Below, in pieces: positions 53,440-64,000 of a DNA stretch of 64,000 nucleotides. Within the stretch, counting starts at the first letter, position 1. Every line of letters begins with the position of its first letter. The notes beneath the pieces were generated by a model. The model had not been told where the DNA came from. It ran no database searches and saw nothing but the letters and a program-made list of their open reading frames with translations. A program made the translations under genes and the position numbers. Origin of the DNA: Botryllus schlosseri (taxonomy: Eukaryota); contig CM119372.1 of assembly GCA_051294905.1 (NCBI GenBank), positions 124,001 to 188,000 on the forward strand, given 5' to 3'.

Positions 53440-55820
53440 TAGGGCTCTTCAAAAATGACTTTTTTTCTCAAATCGCACTGGCTACTTGATAAAATTGTTA
53501 GGTTACCTAACTTAAGCCTACACACCAAATTTGGTTCAATTCCAACCAGTAGCCGCATTGCTACAGGAGATGAAATTTCTATTTATTATATAAAAAGAAA
53601 TAACATAAAATTATAAAATTTTCTGTTCACCCCATGAAAGTGTAAGGTTGTCTATAGAAACGATGAGAATAGGTCACAGTAAATACTATTTTATTCATAA
53701 TCCAAATTTTTCGACGGTGATAACTCCGCTTCCACTGATTGGAATTGAACCAAATTTGGTGAGCATCGTTTCTATAGACAACCTAACACTTTCGTGGGGT
53801 GAACAGAAAATTTTCTAAATTTTTGTTATTAATTTTTATATAATAAATAGAAACTTTCACACTTTACGCACTGAAATTAACAACCACGAAAAGAAAATGA
53901 ACTGATGATAATCACGTAAAATACGGGTAAATACATTACTCAAGTGATAGTCGATATCCAGCATCCATATTCTTTGTCGGTCCAATGTAGATTTCTGAAC
54001 GATACCATTTGATATTATATGATATTCTATCATTGGCTATGCGGCACTCCTATAGTACTCTCACAGGCGAATTATAAGACTAATGGGTATCATGACAGAT
54101 CTTATTCCTGTCAAAAGTTATCGTCCTCTCTTCATGTCACCCTCCACATTCGATGAATACCATCTAATTGTATCCATATATCGTGGTAAACCACCAATGC
54201 TGTGACAAAAAAGGGGTTCAGGTGATATTGAAAGACCAGAAATTGACTAATAATGTGCTTTAGAAGCTCAGTGGGTTACCATTTACCGTAATTTTCCGAG
54301 TATAGTCCGCCCCCATGTATAATATGCACCCTTAAAATGGCGTGTGAATTCTGGGGAAAAGCCTGTACCCGTGTATAGTACGCACCCTGTATTCTCAGTA
54401 CATGAATAGCGAATAGTTATGTTCTAGTATTCGATGTCATTCTGTTTTGCGATGTCACTGTTGAACAATCATGACATAACGATCGCTAATCATTATACAC
54501 TAAACTGCATTGTCTCTAAACGATAGTAGATAGCAGCCAAAGCATGCGAGGCCCGCGACGTGATAGTTCAGGCCTGCGACATCTTGCGCACGAGGCCTAT
54601 TACAGATGCGATTGCTCAGGCCAACAATTATGTCATGTGCACCAGGCCTCTTGGAGATGCGACTGTAGTGTGTAGGCCAGCGATTACATCTTGCACACGA
54701 GGCATGTTGTATATGCAATTGTTCATGGCTGTCGTTGGACGTGATGAATTAGCGAGGACTGACGCGCGCACGTGCAGCAATCAATGACCTAATTTCGCTC
54801 GTGTACAAACGAAAAATCAACTCAGCAGGAGATCGCTTGCTGTTGTGCAGTGCAGACGCTAATTGGCAGCATGCTTCTCGCTAATTTAAAGATGTATTTC
54901 GAGAGAGATTTTGTTCAAGGCTTGTTGTACCCATGCATAATACGCATTATACATGGAAAATTACGGTAGTTTCCCTGAAGCCCGCAAGTTTCATAAAAAG
55001 CTCTAGTATCAACGCTTATGTGAAGTACCAGAAATGCTTTTTCAACTCATAAATACTATTCATTGGCATAGCCCATTCTCAATTGCAATCAGCACCATTT
55101 AAACGCCCTGGATCAGTCACTGTCAAGTAGCAGAGAAATATTCGAACACTGAGCTGCTGAAGAATGCAATTGATGTGTGATGTCTCTGCGGATGAGATTT
55201 TAGGAATGGCGACTTTGCAATCAGTAAAATCTTCGAATCAAGGCGGAGAGACATCGGTCTGCCCTGCATAACTGGGATAGATTTCGTGAAATCTAAATTG
55301 GTCCGACAAAAAATACTTCTAGGTATGATTATCACTTGAGAAATATATTCACCCGTATTTTACCTGCTTGTCAGTTCATTTCCTTTTCGTGGTCTTAAAT
55401 ATCAGTGCGTAAAGTACTCTATTCGAAAATTATCTCACCATCCTTTTAACGTGGCTGTTTCAATGAAGTGGACTAATTTCCAGCTAATCTGTGTCATATC
55501 TTTTTTTCGTTTATCGGCAATGTCTTCATCCAAACTTCAGTATAGGCCCTTGTCAAGAGCAAAACAAATGGAAAAGGCATCCCTGCCTCTTCAGCCATAC
55601 CCGGAACACGATTTTTGGTCATGTCAATGCGACAAAATTGGTCGCCGTGAATACTATTATTTCAAAAATGACCGAAATTTCAATTTGACTGACCTCGGCA
55701 TCTACTGGTTGGAATTGAGTCAAATTTGGTGTGCAACGTTTTTTTTAGGTACGGTAACCTGACGATTTGGCAACTAAGTCGATGAAATTTGAACAAAATA
55801 GTTTTTCTTGAACACCCCTA
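53440..55820. mobile_element. Composite member of the TAGGG fold-back family, with unique core and nested pogo-type MITE
   Basis: TSD ATGTACAA / TTGTACAA; the core is shared in inverted orientation with about 33460-34920. Confidence 0.78.
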
Positions 55821-55872
55821 TTGTACAAGTATGTCTCTTTGTTGATACAAATTGTCACTTACACCTTCGCAG

Positions 55873-55970
55873 GTGTCAACGAGCAAGAGGCCGACATCGA
55901 GCAAATGGAAAGACTCGCAGACGAGCTGCGCAGGAAACAAGAGGAGCTCGACAAGTCTGGCAACTGTGAT
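55873..55970 (+). CDS. Exon H (short predicted coiled coil)
   Basis: tcgcag|GT...GAT|gtgagt, phase 1-0; VNEQEADIEQMERLADELRRKQEELDKSGNCD. Confidence 0.87.
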
Positions 55971-56934
55971 GTGAGTTTTGGAATGCTTTCCGACTGAAGG
56001 AATGGCGTTTGTGACCAAACTTGGACAACTAGATCATTCTGCTCTTGTAATTAGACTATTTAGAGCGAAATGCTTATTATGTTATTCTAATGTAATTTGT
56101 AAAGCGTTTTTTTGCTCTCATTTTGATTCAAATCTCATTTCTGGTATTCCTGAATCTGCTGCAGTATAGCTGTATCATACGAAACGAACTATGCTCGCTG
56201 TACAGACATTTGATATTCTCATGCTTGTTTATGTATTCCTAATTCTAGTTCAATTTGAAGAAACTCTGTAGCCATCATTCTATTTAAGTAACCGGTTCGT
56301 GGTAAGGAATTTGAAGATTGCTTGTAATACAACTTCCTTTTTGTTTAAAATTTAATAAACTCAAAAGACTTTTCTTGTATTGAAAGCGTAATTGTAATTC
56401 TAATCTAATTCGGATCAGATGAAAATTTTGTAGTTGTACAACGCTACTTGTAACGCACAAAGGCAGAGGTGGTCAAAGTAACCGGCATTCATACTGAAGT
56501 AAAAGTAACCTACATTTTTGCTCAATTTCAAGTACAAGTAGCGATTTGCAAGATAATATAAAACTGCATCTACAACGAAAGCTCTGAGAAGTCGTCAAGT
56601 AGTTTGAAAAATCGATTCGGTCGGGAGTTGCTGCATTTGCTTCTAGCAGTTCATCGCTACTTGTTGCGACAACACAAAATTACGTTGACACTACAAATAG
56701 AGCACTTTTTTATACAATTAATAATCAAAAAATTTCCCACTGTAAGCACTATTTTTTTAAAGTATTAATTTTCCACTCTGATAACTTTGCTTCTATGGGT
56801 TGGAATGGAGCCAAATTTTTTTATGCATTGTTTTTCGGCAATGTTGCAATTTTACTAAGTAGCCGGTAAAATTTTTAAAAAGGTAGTTTTGAACGGTCCT
56901 GCGTGTTAGCTTATTGGATTCGCATGTTTCTCAG

Positions 56935-57031
56935 TCAGCTACCGCGGAAAACTTGACACAGATGGCTCTGAATGCATTGAAGCTATCAGAAAAAATCCTG
57001 CATGACGTCAAAACAAATGGGGGCCCATCAG
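56935..57031 (+). CDS. Exon I
   Basis: tctcag|TCA...G|gttgga, phase 0-1; SATAENLTQMALNALKLSEKILHDVKTNGGPS. Confidence 0.82.
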
Positions 57032-57403
57032 GTTGGACATTTCTTTCTTGGTCATGTGTAACAAAATTGGGTAATTACCTAATTCTAATCTAATTTGTGA
57101 AATGTTTCTTTGCTCTCTTTTTAATACCAGTCTAATTGTGGTTTTCCTGAAAATGCAACAGGAACGAGCGGAACGAGCAAAGCTTGTACAGATATTTGCC
57201 ATTAACGATTTGATATGAACTGAACTTGATTTTTGTTGTCTTTCTTTCCGACTTGGAATTTATTTCAATTTGCAAGTTTTTGCGAATTCACTATTTTTAA
57301 TTCTTATCTTATTTGGAAAAAACTGTAGCTATCATATTAATTGTAATCTGTTTTGGAAAAGCTATTACAAGTTTGGCGTCTGACGTTGATTATTGCGCCA
57401 CAG

Positions 57404-57545
57404 TGACTGCGGAAAAGCGTCCCATGACAGAAGAGAACGTCAAGTTGGCAGAAGAGTTTTTCGAAGAGCTTGAGAACGATCCGACCTCTCTCAGTTCGAA
57501 CCCCGTTGAGGAAATGTTTCGCATGTACGGCAAAGATTTATGCAA
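57404..57545 (+). CDS. Exon J
   Basis: ccacag|TG...AA|gtgaga, phase 1-2; TAEKRPMTEENVKLAEEFFEELENDPTSLSSNPVEEMFRMYGKDLC. Confidence 0.85.
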
Positions 57546-58193
57546 GTGAGATTTTCCATCATTTTTCAAGCCGACTTGTACAAACTACCAATACAGTTAG
57601 TTGGTGGTCAACTATCTACTGGTTTATTGAGTGACTCTATTTCTAGTTTAGTTTGCATGTTTTGAAAAGTGAGTAGTTCGAATTCTAGTTGTAGTTGGGT
57701 TTTCAAAAAATGATTAGTTCTAGTTCTAGTTGCGGATATTGAAAAGTATGTGGTGCTAGTTCTAGTTCTAGTAGCGAGTTTTGAAAAGTGAGTAGCTCTA
57801 GTTCTAGTTCTGAATATTCAAAAGTGAGTAGTTGTAGTTCTAGTTGCAAGTTTTGAAAAGTGACTAACTCTAATCGTGCATCTTGAAAAGTGAGCAGTTC
57901 TAGCTGCACATTGAAAAATTTGCTGCCGAACAACTAAACTTGTGTCGTCGTTTGCCGTGAATCGTGATACTGATGCTCAGTTGTATGCAGTTCTTACTAG
58001 ATCAGCGTGATCACTACCAACATTGGCCATGGAGCTGGTTTGGGGGGGGGGGCTTAGGTCAGAACCATTTCAGATTTGCTCTGATGTTCGTGTGGAAGAC
58101 CGATCCGATGCCTTGTGGTTATAGTTTGTACAAATCTGATCCAAGGCGCCAATCTTACTTGGTCTGTTGCATATAACTATTTATTTTGTTCAG

Positions 58194-58345
58194 TCGTAAC
58201 CCAGAAATGGTGAATCGCTACCTCATGTCATACAAAGCCCTTCAGGAACACAAAAGTGCCAGGCAAATGTCGATGCCTCCGGAAACAGGAATCGAAACCA
58301 TCGCGACCCACGAGCAGCTGCCCTGGCATTCGATCATGAATCCCA
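58194..58345 (+). CDS. Exon K
   Basis: gttcag|T...A|gtgagt, phase 2-1; RNPEMVNRYLMSYKALQEHKSARQMSMPPETGIETIATHEQLPWHSIMNP. Confidence 0.86.
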
Positions 58346-58417
58346 GTGAGTTGATACTAGGAGGAGGATAGGTGGATACTACTCTGCTCTGATCTCAATT
58401 GAGTATTCATTCTAATG

Positions 58418-59605
58418 CAGTGGTTCCCAACTGGGGGGGAATTCCCCCTTGGGGGAATTTTGAATTTTTTAGGGGGGGATCCGGCTTTGTATCGGAAGAT
58501 ACACGGGGTTCGCAAGGTTTTTACATTTTTATGGTATAGAACTTTCAAGTTGAAATTAGTTCTTCACAATTGTAGGCTACGTTTTTAGATAGTTGGATGT
58601 TACATTGATACCTATTACACCCCCTGATAAAGTGAGGCTCGCGAGACGATTTCGTTGTGCCCTACTAAGCAGGGTTTAACCAAGTCACAAAGCTCTGAAT
58701 CACAAGTCAACATCACTTCATGGTTGTGACTCATCAAGTCAAGTCGAATCGTTTTCAATTCACCACCAAGTCAAGTCCAAGTCATCGAGCAGAGGATCAA
58801 GTCCGAGTCATGATATTATGACTCGAGTCCAGCAGTCCACGTCATTGTGTTGACTGCTCAGTTTCAAGTTAAAGTCTTGTTAAACCCACTTTTATAACTC
58901 TGTTTGATGATATCGAATGGTTCGCATTTATAATATACTAATCTTTCTCACTTTGAACAGTTTCTGGTGGCATTTTAAAGTACCAGTACCAATAGACGCC
59001 ATCTAAAAAGGGTGGTTACTTTACTGTTTTTCGAAATTACAATGAAATGACTCGGTTTGAGTCATGCACAATGACTCGAGTCCGAGTCGAGTCGAGTCAT
59101 TTCCGTATTTTAAGAAAATGACCTGAGTCAAGTCGAGTCATCAGAAAATCGTGACACGAGTCTGACTCAAGTCGAGTCATGACTCGAGTCATTACAACCC
59201 TGCTACTAAGCAGGAAAAAGTGAAGCCGAATTCAGCACAAGGTCGCTGGTGAAATTGTTTAACTTTTTAAGCCAACATATGAGCTAACGTGAAAAACATA
59301 CCAAATTCATTGATTCAACTCAAGGCCATAGCAAGCGGACTTGGTGATTTATATTTCTTCGGCGGTTACCTGACCAGTAAAAAACAGGTCACATTTGACT
59401 GTACTTTACCACGGTGAAGTGCGGTTCGCATTCGCCATAGTTCAGACATATCTGAATATGTTTCGTTATTAATTGCTCAGTCAACAAATGGTTTTGCGTT
59501 AAAAAGTACCTTTTTTAGTCACACGCAACTTTTTCGTGGGGGGGGGGATTTTAGCTCAAATATCGGCCAAGGGGGCCACGAGACGAAAAAGGTTGGGAAC
59601 CACTG
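58418..59605. mobile_element. Charlie-type MITE with nested GACTCGAGTC-rich hAT MITE (58670-59202)
   Basis: Perfect TSDs TTCTAATG (outer) and CTACTAAG (inner). Confidence 0.87.
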
Positions 59606-60601
59606 TTCTAATGAATCGATTCCAGCCTGCCTGAGTGATTCCCGAGTTTTTCGACCATGCCTCTATCATTACACTTTGTGACAATGCTCTGTGTTGATGA
59701 TGACTTCACAGATACGCAGGGTCTTAATGAATCGAGTCCGACTGAAGTCGCGATTTTTTGGTGACTCGACTCGAATCAATAATTGTATTAACTCGGCTTG
59801 TACTCGAGTCATTGTGCGTGACTCGAACCAAATCAAATGACTCGAGACTAAGACGGCTAAGATAGACATTTCATCGTAACTTAGTAGAATAGTATAGTTA
59901 CCACAATATGATTGGTATTTCGTCTAGCAGTCCTGATACTTGAAAATAGACCTAGAAACTGTTAAGACAGAGGAAAATTACGATATTATGAATGTGAGTC
60001 ATTCTATATCACGCGAGCGGAGATGAAAAGAGTGGGTTGAACTGGATTGAACTGAAACTGAACAGTGACGATAATGACTTGTACTCAAACTTGAGTCAAA
60101 ACACGTTGAGTCGGCCCTCTATTACCTAACTTGGACTCGGTCTTGATTCGGTGGTCAATTGAAAATGACTCGACTTGACTTGAGTCAAAACTATAAAAGT
60201 GAGATTGACTTGTGACTTGATTGCAACCCTGCAGCTATGTCATTCCAGTAACGTGCGTCGCTCTGTACTAAGTTTGCATGTTGCGATAGGACTAGTCGTG
60301 GTTTCAAGGCTCCCACAGTGGAAAATTTAATCTAAACTATATTTTTCGTTGACATATTACCTCTTTGTAGCAAGGAGCGTATCGTTTGAGTACTCAAAAA
60401 TATAATCTCTCATAACTCAACTCGAATCATAAGAATTAATATTAGGGCTATGAAGCGCAATAAAGTAAGCATTTTTGAAAAAATACCACACTATCTTTAT
60501 TGTGATGTACAACTGGGACGCAAATCCGCGATATTCAGATTGGAGTTGTTGAATGATTGTGCTCATCCTTAGTGACTATATTCGACCCGCTGTCATTTCA
60601 G

Positions 60602-61057
60602 GCGAAGCCGTCCCATCGCGACCACATCCAGCCTCTTTTTCGGACCAGCCTCACCTAGGTTTCAACCACGCGACGCCCGCCATGAGCCAGCCCTTCCATT
60701 CGTTGAGTCACGCTCAGTCCGGGCCGCCGCCAGCCAACAGATTCTTTCCAATCGACTATCCAATGCAGAACTCTGCTTCTTATAACGCAGAACCTCCCAA
60801 TACGTCTGTGGATAACAGGAAACACTTTCACAATAACGACGCACATTCCAACTTGATGAACGGACATGATTTTCACTCCGCCCACAACTTGACGTACCCA
60901 TACAGCGGCAAGACGTTTGACGAATACTCTTTTGAAAGCGAATGTCCATACAGCTGTTGTTACTCTTATGATGATTACGGGCCGATGTTTGATGACTATG
61001 GTTCTTATCCGCCCAATTATTTCTCCGACCCAAGAAACGGGGATTTCATGTACTCAG
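60602..61057 (+). CDS. Exon L (His/Asn/Pro-rich, then Tyr/Asp-rich low-complexity region with PPNY)
   Basis: tttcag|GC...G|gtgtgt, phase 1-1; 152 open codons within ORF 60553-61116. Confidence 0.88.
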
Positions 61058-62721
61058 GTGTGTACGTTTGTATCTCTGAAATGGATTTAAAATGTATGCA
61101 AATTCCGGATATGTAATGTACGAGTTCACACATCAAGCATGTACATTAGGAGTGTTCAAAATTGACTTTTTTTCTCAAATCGTACTGCCTGCTTGATAAA
61201 ATTGTTAGAAGTGGAGTTATTTTAGTTGAAAAATTTGGATTTGAATAAAGTAGTATTTACAGTGCCAAATTCTTTAAATATTTATTGTAGTTTTGCCCAC
61301 CGTCAATGCTATGATTTGAAATCTCACATTTTGAACATCAATAACTGGTTTCTACTGGTTCGAATTGAGTCAAATTTGATGGGCATCGTTTCTATAGGGA
61401 ACCTATCATTATCGTGGGACTAGCAGCACTGTGAAGATATCATCTATAGAATTACCTGAAACAAATGTATTGCCCAGTTATAATAGATCTTGAATACAAT
61501 TTTACTTGACTACAATAATTAGGGTTTTGTGACGGCAAATTTAATATCCGATTTCCCCGCCAAGTACTGGGTCACGCTCATTGGCTTCATCAGCCAACAT
61601 CCGAGTGTGAACTCTTTTATCAGAGATATCCAGATTTGATGAAGTCACAACGCTCGTTGGAGGCCGTCATAGCGTCACACTGCTCCGACATGAGTTGGAT
61701 ATTTTTGGATCATAATAATGCTTGTGTCAAATAGATATTGCTGATAATTATCCGAGCAAAGCGCATTAGTTGAGTTCCAAGTTCAACATTGATATAAATA
61801 TTCATGTAACTGCTACATTCTCAAAGTCTCCGATTTACAAATCCTGTCTTGATAGGGTACGGAGTGGAAGTTACAATAAGCGAAACGTAAGCTGTAACGC
61901 GACAGCTGTCAAATAATATTCGTTTTTATGATATGAAAATTGGAATAATGATCATTATTATTATTTTCCTCCATATGCGTGTTGCACAACTTTTTTGTCT
62001 TCAAATAGATGTCGACTAGGGTAGGCGAGTCACCGTCCCAATTTGAGATATGAACATAGACCTTCAGTGAACGATTATCTGAGGTGTGCAATCGATTGAA
62101 AATCGAATGTAGGATCATTGTCATGGTTCTGGCAGTTTGCCAAAGTATGGAAAATAATTTTCTTACTAGACCATACTTACACATTTCCATATTCCATACC
62201 GAAATTTCGTTCTATGCCCTGCCGAAAAGACTATTTTGTTTTTTCAAATCAAAAATTTTGAACCCCCAATAACTCCACTCTACCGGTCGGAATCGAGTCA
62301 AATTTTCTATGCCTCATTTTTTAGGCAGCGTAACAATGTCATCGTGTTTAGAGTAAAATTGAAAAAATGTTGTTGTTTTTTAATCTATTTAAGATTTTCC
62401 AACCTGAATAACTTCGCTTCTACACGCTGTAACTGAGCCAATCTCTATGTGCATCGATTTCTAGCCAACCTTACAATAATTTTGAATAGCTAGTATAATT
62501 TGAAAAGAAAAGTTATTTTTGATCGTAACTTCTTTCCAATTTTTACAGGATAGTTGATAATATCATTGAATTGGCTGAAAAATACAGTACGTTGAAGTCG
62601 ATATGTCTGATACTGAAATTTTAAAAGCTTACTTTGATCTCAACATTAGACGGGTCTTTCCCTGGACTGTGTGTGCATTGACCCATATTACTGTGAATAA
62701 ACAATATGATGATATGCCCAG

Positions 62722-63004
62722 GTCCCAACTGGTTCCCGATGGGCGACCCCACCTATTCCATGGACCCGCATCACAACCCGTACCAAGCGTGGAACGAGCC
62801 GGCCCCTCCTTACACGGAGCAGTCGTCGAACAGATCGAGGCAAAGTAGCCGCGAAACCAAGTCGAGAACAACGAGCCGCGCCAAATCTGGGGATTCCGGC
62901 CGATCGAGCGAGCGTGCCAGCCGGAGAGACAGTTTCCGAAGCCGTAGCTTGCCGAGTCTGCTCAACGAAGATCTGTACTCTGAGGCTTCTACTTTTCAGC
63001 GCAA
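62722..63004 (+). CDS. Exon M (Arg/Ser-rich, RSRSLP); gene probably continues beyond the window
   Basis: gcccag|GT...AA|gtcagt, phase 1-2; PNWFPMGDPTYSMDPHHNPYQAWNEPAPPY...RRDSFRSRSLPSLLNEDLYSEASTFQR. Confidence 0.8.
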
Positions 63005-64000
63005 GTCAGTTCTAATTCGAGGACAGACTAGAACTTCGACTAGAACTATTCACTTTTCAAAATGCACTACAACTACTCACTATACAAAACGGCAACTATA
63101 ATTGGAACCGCTCACTTTCATGACTTGCAACTAGCATTAGAACTACTCACTTTTCAATATTCAGAACTAGAAGAACTAGAACTGCTCACTTTCAAAACTT
63201 CCAACTAGCATTAGAACCATAGGCGCCGACTTACGAGGTGGCGGCCACCTCGTACAAAATGCTCAGACGTCCAAGTGATTTGTGACCAATAATTAGTAAT
63301 CACGCGAATCGATGCGACCTCGTTAGACACGTTTTCGATTTCGATAAGCGTGTGTGCCAGGCGCGTAGCCACGGTGGTTTCGGGGGTCGAACTTCCCTAT
63401 TTGAAACGCGAAACCCCGTCATTTTGAAATGATCATTCTAACTCTAATATTCAGTTGCAATTCAATAATTGTGTTATCAGTGTTCCGCGCGGCTGATTTG
63501 CGAGAAACGTATTATCAACTAGCGAGAAGAGTCTGTGAAACTAGGTCATTCATTCCCGTGCGCGTGGCAATTGTCGCTAGCCTGGTTTTTCGCGTCTCGA
63601 ACAAGCCTAGTTCCGCAGGCTTGAGCAATCACATCTGCAATAGGCCCAGTTCACACTATATCATCGCTTGCCTGCGCAATCGCATCTGCATTGGCGGCTT
63701 CGGCCTGGTGTGCACGATATCATCGCTGGCCTACACAATGGCATCTGCAATAGGCCTGGTGTGAACGATCTCATTGCTGGCCTAACTATCACGTTTCGGG
63801 CATAGCATGCTTTGACTGCTATCTCTCGCTGGTTTCAAGACAATGCGGTCGAGTTTACGCTAATTAGTGATTGTTTTATGTCATATTGATTAAAAAGCGA
63901 CATCGCGAAACTGAACAACATCAAATCGCTGCAAACAGACTTTAACGTGCGTAATTGATTCCCGCTAATACTTGAACGTAATGATCAGAAGAGGTGTATC

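Overview
Repeat-rich animal genomic DNA (probably an invertebrate; the species cannot be determined from the sequence). It is not prokaryotic: there are no operons, rRNA or CRISPR arrays, and most ORF-track entries are noise. The host content is one intron-containing + strand gene that I assembled by hand from 13 GT-AG exons (22045-63004). Every splice phase is compatible, giving about 742 codons with no stop; both ends of the gene are unresolved. It encodes a four-pass (LAPTM/tetraspan-like) membrane N-terminus and a cytoplasmic tail of about 590 aa carrying SH2-, SH3-, WW- and 14-3-3-type docking motifs. The rest is a dense, nested transposon landscape. It includes a dead RTE-type LINE interrupted by two solo LTRs at similar target sites, tRNA-derived SINEs, many hAT/Buster MITEs with 8-bp TSDs, and a Chapaev3-like remnant. 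A piggyBac-like TTAA-flanked element has ends bracketing 23.3 kb of a single intron. Two related MITE families sit almost only beside the gene's exons.
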